A stretch of DNA of 64,000 nucleotides, taken from the IMG/VR virus record IMGVR_UViG_3300031339_000004, positions 13,437 through 77,436 of that record, one strand, 5' to 3'. The position numbers and the translations under genes were made by a program. The notes beneath the pieces were generated by a model. That model saw nothing but the letters and a program-made list of their open reading frames with translations, had not been told where the DNA came from and searched no databases. The DNA is from a virus. This document shows positions 8,989 through 17,757 of the stretch, one piece after another; within the stretch, counting starts at the first letter, position 1, and every line of letters starts with the position of its first letter.

Positions 8989-10070
8989 TTCTTTAATACT
9001 TCCTCTTTGTTTTGTTTATACTCATTTTCCCATATAACTAGTACGTCGTACCCTTGGGCTTCTGCAAATTGAATTTTTTCTCGGTCCAGTTTCCATTTTT
9101 CTGATGCTCGCAGTTTAGTTCTTGGATTCACATACTCCGGAGAATAAATTTTAGGATTACAATGCCAAAAGTCTCCATTGTATTCAATTATTTTATTAGC
9201 AACTGCTATGTCATAGACGTATTGTTTTTTAGAATTGATTGCTAGAGTAAGCTGATCTATAATTAGCAAACTTTTATCAATTTTTCTGATTTCGTATATT
9301 ATTTCTCTTTCAGCGGCAGATACCGATACCCCTTTTGTAAGTTTAAGTCTATTCATTTCGGCTTTTTCTTCATCTGATTTAGCATTTAATGCGGCTTGCC
9401 ATTTATCTTGACGTAGTTGCCAAACTCTAATTCCTTCCTCTTTTCCGTATTTTTCAATACATATCTTCTTAGAAAAGTGTAGTTGTTCTTTAGATACTAA
9501 TTTAGTTGCTTCTTCTTTAGTATATCCTCTGGCAGTATAGTATTCTGTACACCGCTTTGATGACACTCGACGAACAGGAGTAGCAGCTGAACCTACTGAA
9601 CCTTTTTTATTGTTTGCTGTTTTGGTATCAGCTGCGAACTGGATTGCTTCTGTTTCACAATAGCCTTTCTTTATCCAATATTCTTTTCTAATGGGCCGTC
9701 GACTATTTCTTTCAAAGTCTGCTTCCTCTATAGTATAGTGTTTATTTGTAGCAGGATTACTTTTGTTTAACCAAAACTCTCGACTGTATACGCTTGTTGT
9801 GTTTTTTTGTGCGTGTTCCTTTGATTTTGTGTAAACCATGTTGGTATCCCACCCTCGACACTCCCAATAATTTCTAGAACGTTTTGTATAGCGCCCAGAA
9901 ATTTTCAAGGTACTTCTAATAAAAATCTCAATTTCTTTTTTGGTATTGTTAACATTATCCAACACCATGCTTTCTAGGAGAGACGATCGCATCGCCGGTT
10001 CTAGATTTTTGATAACTGTATCTATTACTTCGATACAGTTTTCTGTTAGTGTGTTATTCCATCGCGCCAT
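8964..10070 (-). mobile_element. Free-standing homing endonuclease (Vsr-like/DUF559-type C-terminal nuclease) between the split-intein halves
   Basis: YDI...IIEYNGDFWH...D..K...A...GY.VLVIWE motif; repeated (E)Y(W/Y)xxxG(Y/W) units upstream; overlaps both gp46 fragments (17 and 25 nt). Confidence 0.85.
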
Positions 10071-10308
10071 TGTATAATTCTCCTATTGTAGTTTCGTAAA
10101 TTACCCCAGTTTTGGTGTTTTTTACTTTTACAATAGTATTTATACAAAGGCACTTACCTGTGCCGTTGCGCGATCCGCTGTCATCACCACCTTGGTCTAG
10201 GTTTTCACCAAGAACCAGCGTTAGTTGCTCTCTACTGAAGTCTATGGCCTGTGAAACATTGCCTACACTCATGAAATTCTTAACTGTTAAATCCTGAACC
10301 TGTATCAT
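10054..10308 (-). CDS. gp46: gp46 N-terminal fragment: 52-aa N-extein ending in Walker A GTGK, plus 32-aa split-intein N-part
   Basis: VKNFMSVGN and G.N....NGTGK are typical of the SbcC/gp46 N-terminus; followed by CLCINTIVKV (intein block A); lies directly after gp47. Confidence 0.92.
   Translation of the reverse strand: MIQVQDLTVKNFMSVGNVSQAIDFSREQLTLVLGENLDQGGDDSGSRNGTGKCLCINTIVKVKNTKTGVIYETTIGELYNGAME
10057..10152 (-). mobile_element. Split intein N-fragment (IntN, 32 aa)
   Basis: CLCINTIVKVKNTKTGVIYETTIGELYNGAME: Cys1, block A and the I.ELY motif. Confidence 0.9.
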
Positions 10309-10309
10309 A

Positions 10310-11317
10310 TCATTCTAATCCGTTGTAAATATCTAATAACATCTTTTTATCGTAGTTGTTAGTGTCTAGTTCGGTAATTTCCTTAGCAACAATCTGATCT
10401 ACACTTTCAAATGCCCGGATGTCTAAGTCTGTGGACATTTCGTCTATTTGCTTTTGAGGAATCAATGTAATTTCTCTACATCCATATTGATTGATGAATG
10501 TTTCTTTGATAAAACTTGCTTCTTCATAGCTAATAGGTAGATCCAGTGTTACTCGAAGATACATTTTACTCTTAATTAAGGTATCTGCTTCATCAATTAG
10601 CTGTGAGAGCTTAACTGTTCGATATTTTGGACATTCTGGCCAATTGATAAATTCTGGCTCTCCGTTTTTCTCTAATATCATCATACCACGAGCATCGTCC
10701 CATGCATCAGCATAGTTATGTGGGAATGCATTGCCGATATAGTGTATCTTTCCTTGTGTTTGACGTTTATGAAAGTGACCTGAGAACACATAGTCCTGGT
10801 TCTTAAAGTTTTTAGCTTTAAGTTCACCGTGGTCTGGCATCTGTACCATAGCATTCATGTAAAAGTGTGGTAATTCAAAGTGTCCGAACATGTACTTGGC
10901 TTTGATCTTTTGAATTTTCTTCCACTCGTCACCTACTAGCCACGGAATAAGAGCTACGTCGTCTTTTTCAAGAATTGAGTCAACAAAGGTAATGCCGGGA
11001 ATGTGCCGACCAAAGCTCATTGAGCTAACGTCTCTCTTATCTTTGTAATATAGATCATGATTACCTACAAACAGATAAAAGTTGTCAAATGCTGCCCCTA
11101 GCTTCTCCAAACTACGTATAGTTGCGTCCATTGTAGTGAGGTTTAACGAATTTCGGTTGTGATGCCAGTCTCCACAAAAGATTCCAGTTTCACAACCGTT
11201 GGCTTTTGCAGTTTCGATGAACCAGTCAACGAAATTCTCACAATCTTGGTTGTGTACTCGACTATTACCCTTGAGCCCAAAGTGAATATCTGTAAAAACT
11301 GCTGCTTTATTGAACAA
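10310..11317 (-). CDS. gp47: gp47/SbcD/Mre11-like recombination nuclease
   Basis: Metallophosphoesterase motifs DIHFG, GD, GNHD, GHF, SGHFH; position between gp55 and gp46 as in T4. Confidence 0.93.
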   Translation of the reverse strand: MFNKAAVFTDIHFGLKGNSRVHNQDCENFVDWFIETAKANGCETGIFCGDWHHNRNSLNLTTMDATIRSLEKLGAAFDNFYLFVGNHDLYYKDKRDVSSMSFGRHIPGITFVDSILEKDDVALIPWLVGDEWKKIQKIKAKYMFGHFELPHFYMNAMVQMPDHGELKAKNFKNQDYVFSGHFHKRQTQGKIHYIGNAFPHNYADAWDDARGMMILEKNGEPEFINWPECPKYRTVKLSQLIDEADTLIKSKMYLRVTLDLPISYEEASFIKETFINQYGCREITLIPQKQIDEMSTDLDIRAFESVDQIVAKEITELDTNNYDKKMLLDIYNGLE

Positions 11318-11344
11318 ATTAAATTTCTCCGTCTTATATAAAAA

Positions 11345-11373
11345 ATACTACATGCAAATCAACAACTTGTCAA
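11345..11373 (-). promoter_or_regulatory. Sigma70-type promoter for gp47-gp46
   Basis: TTGACA (11373-11368), 17 nt, TAGTAT (11350-11345). Confidence 0.6.
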
Positions 11374-11376
11374 CGA

Positions 11377-12264
11377 TTATTTTTTATACTCAAACTTATT
11401 TTCTGGATCACCGTAGCGTTTTACGCTAGCGTCCCATTCGCCGTTGTTTGTTCGTGTATACGAAGGATTTAAGTCGTTCATTTCAAGAATATCATCACGG
11501 ATGTTTTGATTACGCTTTTCTATGTTAATTACACGTACAAAACTGTTGGTTACTGCGGCTGTGTAGTAAGCAAACGGGTTGTCTGACTTAGACTCGTCAA
11601 ATTGTAATCCTATTTGTGCTAATTGTAGTATTGCCTGCCCTTTCATTTCGTCGTTGTAGGTGTAGCCACGGACATTTCCTCGCGTTGCATATCTATCAAC
11701 TAATTTAAGCCACATCAGCGCTAGGTTATTTGTGGCCTTGCCGTGTTCTCTGTCAAAATGCCCAGATTCCAAATCACCTTTCCAGTGACTTTTTCCAACA
11801 CACACTATTTCTGCGCCTTCAAACTTATAATGTTTGAACGGAGGGAAGTTTAGTTTGATCTTAGTATCTGCTATTGTTTTTGGATTCTTTTTTCTACCCG
11901 GTTGTTCGGGAATATGATCAAAATCCATAACTCTGAAGATAAGCTCCTCTTTGGTAATCTCGCTGGGCGTAACTTCACATTCTGCCTGTTTAACTTTCTC
12001 ACCAGCAATGCGTCTTCTCTCATATTCAGCAGTTGACAGTCTTTTTGCTTTGTTAGCTTTGGCTTGGGGCACAGATCCGAGCACAGTTACAGTTTCACCG
12101 TCGTCGTTAACTTTAAACGAGTCTGGCAGGTTAATATCAGCTAAGTTTTTGAGTATGATATCGTACTGGTTGTAGCTAGGGTCAGCGTAACTATTGAAAG
12201 TATTTTTAGATTTGTGAATTTCTTTGAGGATATCTCTGTTATTTAAGTAATTGCGTTTTCTCAA
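11377..12264 (-). CDS. gp55: T4 gp55-like late transcription sigma factor
   Basis: NYLNN at the N-terminus, GYTYNDEM, FDESKSDNPFAYYT; T4-like synteny with gp47/gp46. Confidence 0.85.
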   Translation of the reverse strand: MRKRNYLNNRDILKEIHKSKNTFNSYADPSYNQYDIILKNLADINLPDSFKVNDDGETVTVLGSVPQAKANKAKRLSTAEYERRRIAGEKVKQAECEVTPSEITKEELIFRVMDFDHIPEQPGRKKNPKTIADTKIKLNFPPFKHYKFEGAEIVCVGKSHWKGDLESGHFDREHGKATNNLALMWLKLVDRYATRGNVRGYTYNDEMKGQAILQLAQIGLQFDESKSDNPFAYYTAAVTNSFVRVINIEKRNQNIRDDILEMNDLNPSYTRTNNGEWDASVKRYGDPENKFEYKK

Positions 12265-12287
12265 TTTTTGCTCCTTATTATATACTT

Positions 12288-12316
12288 ATTATAAACTACA
12301 TACTTAATTTTGTCAA
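12288..12316 (-). promoter_or_regulatory. Consensus sigma70 (early) promoter for gp55
   Basis: TTGACA (12316-12311), 17 nt, TATAAT (12293-12288). Confidence 0.8.
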
Positions 12317-12317
12317 C

Positions 12318-12323
12318 TAAATA
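12318..12323 (+). promoter_or_regulatory. Late promoter core TAAATA heading the baseplate module
   Basis: TAAATA followed by GGAG and ATG 12344. Confidence 0.65.
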
Positions 12324-12343
12324 CTGTTGGAGATCAACAACTT

Positions 12344-13270
12344 ATGTCAATTCTTAGCGCTTTTAACAGTAATTCCGGCAATGACGCCGGAGCAAGCAAA
12401 TCCGGCGGACTAGCAAACCAGGATTCGTTCTTTAGGAGAACAAAAGGATCGGATGATCCTGATGGTCCTGCTGGTCGAGCAGAAACCGGAGAGGTAGTAA
12501 AAAACTCCATCGGCGTAGTAGACAACCTTATTGCTAGGCAAGGAGGAGGTAATTCTGATGTTGGTAAAGCCATTAGAATGGTAGGAAATGCGGCCCAGCT
12601 AATCTTCCCAGGCGCAGCTCCTGTACCAAAAAGTCTGCCAAGAGTACTATTAAATGATATGCTAACTGGCGAAGATACAGTTGACTGGCGAGTTAGCCTT
12701 AGTGTACCAAACGTTGTAATGCAAGGACCTATTATTGCAGAATTATCTAAGACTAAAAATAGAATGATCTTTCCTTTTACTCCTACAATATTACTGGGTC
12801 ATACTGCAAATTATTCTAACGTGCAGCCTGTACATTCAAATTACCCATATCATGCGTACGAAAATAGCCAAGTTGATAACATAACTATAACAGGCGAGTT
12901 TTATAATGAAAATCAAGAAGACGCAAAGTATTGGATAGCATGCTTGCACTATTTACGAGCAATGACCAAGATGTTTTCTGGAACTAGTACAGAATCACTA
13001 GGAAATCCGCCTCCTATAGCAAGACTAAACGGTTACGGTAAGCATGTGCTAAACAATATACCAGTAGTGATAACAAACTTTACAACTGACATGCCAGCCG
13101 ACGTTGACTATATTGAATGTGAAGTAGCAGGCGAGATTGACTATGTACCTACTCAAAGTGTATTCACTGTTACAGTGGCTCCGAACTATGCAAGACGCAG
13201 TCAAGCAAGATTTAGTTTCCAAGACTTTATTAATGGTAACCACACATCCGGCCCAGAAGGATTTGTATAA
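12344..13270 (+). CDS. Baseplate / tail-tube initiator-like structural protein
   Basis: FPFTP...Y......HSNY and GNPPPIARLNGYG...NNIPVVITNF resemble contractile-tail tube initiator proteins; first gene of the baseplate module. Confidence 0.55.
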   Translation: MSILSAFNSNSGNDAGASKSGGLANQDSFFRRTKGSDDPDGPAGRAETGEVVKNSIGVVDNLIARQGGGNSDVGKAIRMVGNAAQLIFPGAAPVPKSLPRVLLNDMLTGEDTVDWRVSLSVPNVVMQGPIIAELSKTKNRMIFPFTPTILLGHTANYSNVQPVHSNYPYHAYENSQVDNITITGEFYNENQEDAKYWIACLHYLRAMTKMFSGTSTESLGNPPPIARLNGYGKHVLNNIPVVITNFTTDMPADVDYIECEVAGEIDYVPTQSVFTVTVAPNYARRSQARFSFQDFINGNHTSGPEGFV

Positions 13271-13566
13271 TGTCTAAAAACTTTGGACCCTATAGCAACA
13301 CAAAGATTAATTCAGCAGGATATTTAGATATCTTTACACCTAGGCCGGTACCAGTAGCAGGCGACGATGTGCTTTACGCAATTACTCCAGCATATACTTA
13401 CCGACCAGACCTACTGGCATACGATCTCTATGGCAAGAAAGAGTTGTGGTGGGTGTTTGCTCAGCGCAATCCGGATATCATAAAAGACCCTGTGTACGAC
13501 TTTGTTGCTGGTACTAAAATATTGCTACCCCAGGGTGCCAATCTAAGAAAGGAGCTGGGTTTATAA
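13270..13566 (+). CDS. gp53-like / LysM-like baseplate wedge protein
   Basis: RPDLLAYDLYG...LWWVF...N motif. Confidence 0.75.
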   Translation: MSKNFGPYSNTKINSAGYLDIFTPRPVPVAGDDVLYAITPAYTYRPDLLAYDLYGKKELWWVFAQRNPDIIKDPVYDFVAGTKILLPQGANLRKELGL

Positions 13567-13567
13567 T

Positions 13568-16500
13568 ATGGCTGATAGAACTGCGTTTTCTAGAAAGAAC
13601 GCAAACACTATTCTAGAAACACGAGCAAATGAACCAACTCCTGTAACTGCTGAACCAGAAGTAGAATACGAAACAATAACATCTAGTTTTGGCGGCGGCA
13701 TAGACAGCGACGGTACTAGGGCCGCAATGCAACGACGAAAAGATGTCAGCGCAGTAAAACAAGCTGCTGCTTCGGTTCCTTCAACACAAAATGTAGGTGG
13801 CAGAACTGCGTTTTCTAGAAAGAACGCAAACACTATTCTAGAAACACGAGCAAATAACCCAGAAGTAGAATACGAAACAATAACATCTAGTTTTGGTGGC
13901 GGAATTAGTGGAACTCCTTCACCTGCAATGCAACGTCGACTAGACGCCAGAGCAGCAGAGCAAGCTGCTGCTAACGGTGATGTTACACAAAGTAAAACAC
14001 CTAGTAAGTTTACAACTGAATCTAGCACCTTTTCTGCAGCATCAGTAGGGTCCGGCGCAACTAGTGATTATACTCCTATTAGACAGTATATATCCGGCGC
14101 ATCTAGTCAAGACAGTTTGCGAAATCTAGTACCTAACGAGTGGAAAAGTGATACTCCAGGTAGAGATCCAATGATGCAGTCTAGCACAATACAAGCAAGT
14201 AATATTTCTAGCGGCAGGATACCTAATCCTCTTAGAAATCACAACACCTATAACTATATTATTACTCTAGGAGTATTAAATCCTCGAGAATACAACGACC
14301 CTAGCACTTATCGAAACAGAGGAGACTTTGCCTCTTATATAATTAAATCGTCAGGGGGCAACTATGCTAATCGCTATAAGGTACAGGACGAAGTAAATTC
14401 TGCAAGCGGCGGCGATGCTGAGTATTACATAGACGACCTAGAAATGGACGCAGTAATAGCACCTAATCAAAACACTGGAGTGGCGCTAGGCACAACACTG
14501 TCGTTTAAAGTAATAGAACCTTTTTCAATGGGGAACTTTATTCAAGCACTTATAGGTTCAGCAAAGAGTGAAGGATATGTAAACTATATTGATGCACCGT
14601 TTTGCATAAGAATTGACTTTGTAGGATGGGACGAATACGGTGAACAGTCGACAAAATATATCGGAAAGCCTATCTACGTGCCAATAAAGATAACCAAAGT
14701 AGAACTTAGTGTGACCGGTGCAGGTAGTGAATATATTGTAGTAGCAGTGCCGTTTAGCGAAACTGCACTAGATGATAGTGTTAACGAAACTAAGACTACT
14801 ATCAACGCAGTGGGAACGACTGTTTGGGAAGTGTTGAATGGCAACGACACTAGTGTAGCTGAGACAATGAATCAACGCTTAGCAAACCTCGAAGACAAAA
14901 ACGTTACAACAAAAAATGACAGGTTTATAATTGCATTTCCTAGTGATATTGACGGCTTCAACAACACTGTTTCTAGAGAAGTTGTAGACGAGATCGACGG
15001 TCTTTCAAAGAACATAGAGATTAGACAAGAACAAGGCGTAACTCCTGTGCTAGGAAACTCAACTGCAAATACTAATAAAATATCAGTTGTTCCTAATTCA
15101 CAGTTACATGAAAGACTACAACAATATGCTCGTGACACATCTCAAATGAATAGTATTGGTCTAAGTTCAATTATAGACGATATTAGTGAAGGCGGCGACA
15201 AAGCTCAGGCCACACCCGAGCAAGCGTACAACGCCGAAACTGAGACGTTTGAGAACACAGGTCGGCCTGGAAACAATCCAACGCCAAAAGCAAGAGAACA
15301 TAAGTTTAGCCAAGGCGAAACAATAATCAGTATGATAGAAAAGGTTGTGTTGAGAAGTCAGTATGCTGCTGTAGAATCAACTGCTGATAGCGCTGCCAAC
15401 GGCACACGAAAATGGTTTAAAATAGATACTCAGGTGTTTATTGATCCTGACCCATCAGCAGAATTGCAGCGCGGAGCACTTGCTAAGATATATTTGTTCA
15501 ACGTTATTCCGTATTATCCCGACGAAGCAAAGACGCTGTCTACAAATCAGAAACCAAAAAATACAGAACAACTAAAAGCCCAGGCTGCAAAAGAATACAA
15601 TTATATCTATACTGGACGCAACGAAGAAATATTAGACTTTGATTTATTGTTTAACAATGCGTTCATGCTAACAGCATTTAGCAACTACGGACAAAACTCC
15701 GGTGGTGTAGGAAATGCTGACGGTGCAGTTAAAAACGGCGCACTAGCAGCACCGGCTGGGTCGTCGGTTGTAAAACAAGATTCTAGTGATACTAGCTCAG
15801 AACCAGGCGCTAGAGTAGGCGAAATGACATATAAACAAGCCCAACTCCTTTCGGATAACGGATCAAGATCGTCGGACATACGGCTTAGAATAGCCCAGCA
15901 ATTCCATAACGCTATAATAAATCAAACGCTTGACATGATTACTGCTGAAATGAAAATAATGGGTGATCCGTTCTTCATTCCTCAACAAACTGGAAACTTT
16001 AAAGGAAACCCTATTAAAAATTCAAATGTGCTAGAAGAGGGCACATTTAATTACATGATGGATGAGGTGTTCATTGTAGTAAATTTTAAAACTCCGTTCG
16101 ACTATCAAGTTGACGGAGCTACAATGGAGTTTCCTAGAGTAGTAAAACAGTTTAGTGGGCTGTTCAGTGTTTGGGCTGTTACAAATACGTTTTCTGGCGG
16201 CAAGTTTGAACAGAATATTAAGCTAATCAGAAGAAGAGGCCAAGACGATCCTTCAACTCCTAATAATGCTGGTTCAGTTGTATTAGACGATAACGCTAAA
16301 CTTAGTGATGCTGTAGTGCTCAGTGATACGCCGGGAGCACCAAAAAAAGCCCGTCCTGGACAGACTCCTGTCACTATACCGTCTTATGCAAGAGCTGACG
16401 AGAATCTAGTAAACGCAGTGCCAGCAGACGCTGTTTCTCCTGCCAGTAATAACATAACTGCCCAAAATAATTCAGTATTTCCAGCACCACCGGACAGAGA

Positions 16501-16594
16501 AAACACACTAGATGACCAACAAGAACTCTCGTCTGCTATTAGAAGAGTTAACATTAATCAAGGAGGAGCAGGACGCTCATTCGGCGGCCGATAG
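13568..16594 (+). CDS. Baseplate hub protein (gp27 / late control D-like) with low-complexity extensions
   Basis: 1008 aa between gp53-like and gp5-like genes; C-terminal I.GDPF...FSGLF.V..V.N.F..G.F.Q pattern. Confidence 0.55.
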   Translation: MADRTAFSRKNANTILETRANEPTPVTAEPEVEYETITSSFGGGIDSDGTRAAMQRRKDVSAVKQAAASVPSTQNVGGRTAFSRKNANTILETRANNPEVEYETITSSFGGGISGTPSPAMQRRLDARAAEQAAANGDVTQSKTPSKFTTESSTFSAASVGSGATSDYTPIRQYISGASSQDSLRNLVPNEWKSDTPGRDPMMQSSTIQASNISSGRIPNPLRNHNTYNYIITLGVLNPREYNDPSTYRNRGDFASYIIKSSGGNYANRYKVQDEVNSASGGDAEYYIDDLEMDAVIAPNQNTGVALGTTLSFKVIEPFSMGNFIQALIGSAKSEGYVNYIDAPFCIRIDFVGWDEYGEQSTKYIGKPIYVPIKITKVELSVTGAGSEYIVVAVPFSETALDDSVNETKTTINAVGTTVWEVLNGNDTSVAETMNQRLANLEDKNVTTKNDRFIIAFPSDIDGFNNTVSREVVDEIDGLSKNIEIRQEQGVTPVLGNSTANTNKISVVPNSQLHERLQQYARDTSQMNSIGLSSIIDDISEGGDKAQATPEQAYNAETETFENTGRPGNNPTPKAREHKFSQGETIISMIEKVVLRSQYAAVESTADSAANGTRKWFKIDTQVFIDPDPSAELQRGALAKIYLFNVIPYYPDEAKTLSTNQKPKNTEQLKAQAAKEYNYIYTGRNEEILDFDLLFNNAFMLTAFSNYGQNSGGVGNADGAVKNGALAAPAGSSVVKQDSSDTSSEPGARVGEMTYKQAQLLSDNGSRSSDIRLRIAQQFHNAIINQTLDMITAEMKIMGDPFFIPQQTGNFKGNPIKNSNVLEEGTFNYMMDEVFIVVNFKTPFDYQVDGATMEFPRVVKQFSGLFSVWAVTNTFSGGKFEQNIKLIRRRGQDDPSTPNNAGSVVLDDNAKLSDAVVLSDTPGAPKKARPGQTPVTIPSYARADENLVNAVPADAVSPASNNITAQNNSVFPAPPDRENTLDDQQELSSAIRRVNINQGGAGRSFGGR
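13577..13896 (+). repeat. Intragenic direct duplication
   Basis: 54 nt identical at 13577-13630 and 13802-13855; 38 nt identical at 13655-13692 and 13859-13896. Confidence 0.9.
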
Positions 16595-16660
16595 TAGATG
16601 TTTCGCAATTATAATTTAGTACTAGTACGTGACATAAGTAAAGCGCATAGGAAAGTATAA

Positions 16661-17740
16661 ATGTCAGAAATAACAATTACAGCACAACAAATTGCGTTAT
16701 TAGCTCTCATTAGCAAAGGAGAGTCGCTGAAAGGTTCAAGTCCGTATACTACGTTGTGGCCTAGTACATCAGAGCCTAGTCTAATACAAATGACGTTAGC
16801 TGAGGTACTGCGGTTTCAAGAAGTAAGGACCAAAGAAGGATTTGGCTCTAATGCAGTGGGAAGGTATCAGTTGTTAAGAACTGATCTAGAGCAGAGTATA
16901 AATTTGCTAGAATTAGATGCTGGAAAAATTAGGTTTACGGCTGGCATACAGGATGCTTTAATGATCAGCCGATTGAAAAACGTTAGGCTGCTAGACGAAT
17001 GGTTAGCTGGTACGTTAACATCAGATAAGTTTATGATTCGATTAGCACAAGAGTTTGCTAGTATTCCTGTACCATATCCGCTAAATGGCGCTAACAGACG
17101 CGTGAGCAAAGGCGAAAGCTATTATTCTACAGAAGACTTTAACGCAACAAAACACAATGCAGACACGTTTTTTCAGGAACTAGAAGATATCTTGGAAATA
17201 ACTGACGGAGAAGCCCGTATTGTATCAACACTAACAAACGGACCAAACGGCGTAATACCAGCAACAGGGTCTACGCCAAAATCACAAACAGCGGCTATTG
17301 CAGCAGGATTAGGAGTAGGCGCATACACGGGTGGCAACGCAGGCGCTCGCCCTCTGCCAGCAAAAGAGTTACCTGTTAGTAAAAACGTTTATGATTACCG
17401 ACCATTAGATCCTCTTGATGATCGTTACGATTTTAGAACTGGCGAAACGGTTAAAGACGTACTAATCTACGGGACTAGTGCCGCAGCAGCTAACCCTATT
17501 ATTAACGGCAACATAGGACCGGCCAAAGGAAAGACTACTAACTCGGGTGCTGTAGCTCCGCCGGGGTTTGCTGGTCCAGCGCCAGGCGGAGCAGGTGCAG
17601 TTTATGATAACGCATCTGTAGGAAAAGCACCAGAAGAAGAAATCGAAGAGAAAGATGCAAGGCAAGGCCCGCCTATTCCTTTGACTAGGATACAAATTAA
17701 TCAAGGCTTACCTAGTGGACCTTTAACAGGTGCCAGGTAA
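16661..17740 (+). CDS. Lysozyme-fold (lambda-lysozyme-like) tail-associated muralytic protein
   Basis: LISKGES (candidate catalytic Glu), AVGRYQL, LAQEFAS; low-complexity C-terminus. Confidence 0.7.
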   Translation: MSEITITAQQIALLALISKGESLKGSSPYTTLWPSTSEPSLIQMTLAEVLRFQEVRTKEGFGSNAVGRYQLLRTDLEQSINLLELDAGKIRFTAGIQDALMISRLKNVRLLDEWLAGTLTSDKFMIRLAQEFASIPVPYPLNGANRRVSKGESYYSTEDFNATKHNADTFFQELEDILEITDGEARIVSTLTNGPNGVIPATGSTPKSQTAAIAAGLGVGAYTGGNAGARPLPAKELPVSKNVYDYRPLDPLDDRYDFRTGETVKDVLIYGTSAAAANPIINGNIGPAKGKTTNSGAVAPPGFAGPAPGGAGAVYDNASVGKAPEEEIEEKDARQGPPIPLTRIQINQGLPSGPLTGAR

Positions 17741-17757
17741 CAGCCCAGGAGTTTTAA

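Noticed and set aside
8964-10308. Frameshift sequencing error or pseudogene as the explanation for split gp46
   Set aside because: Both breaks coincide with intein motifs, each ORF has its own start with tight overlaps, and the exteins rejoin into an exact Walker A.
13577-13896. CRISPR-like repeat
   Set aside because: Only two copies, in frame within a CDS, no spacer periodicity and no cas genes.
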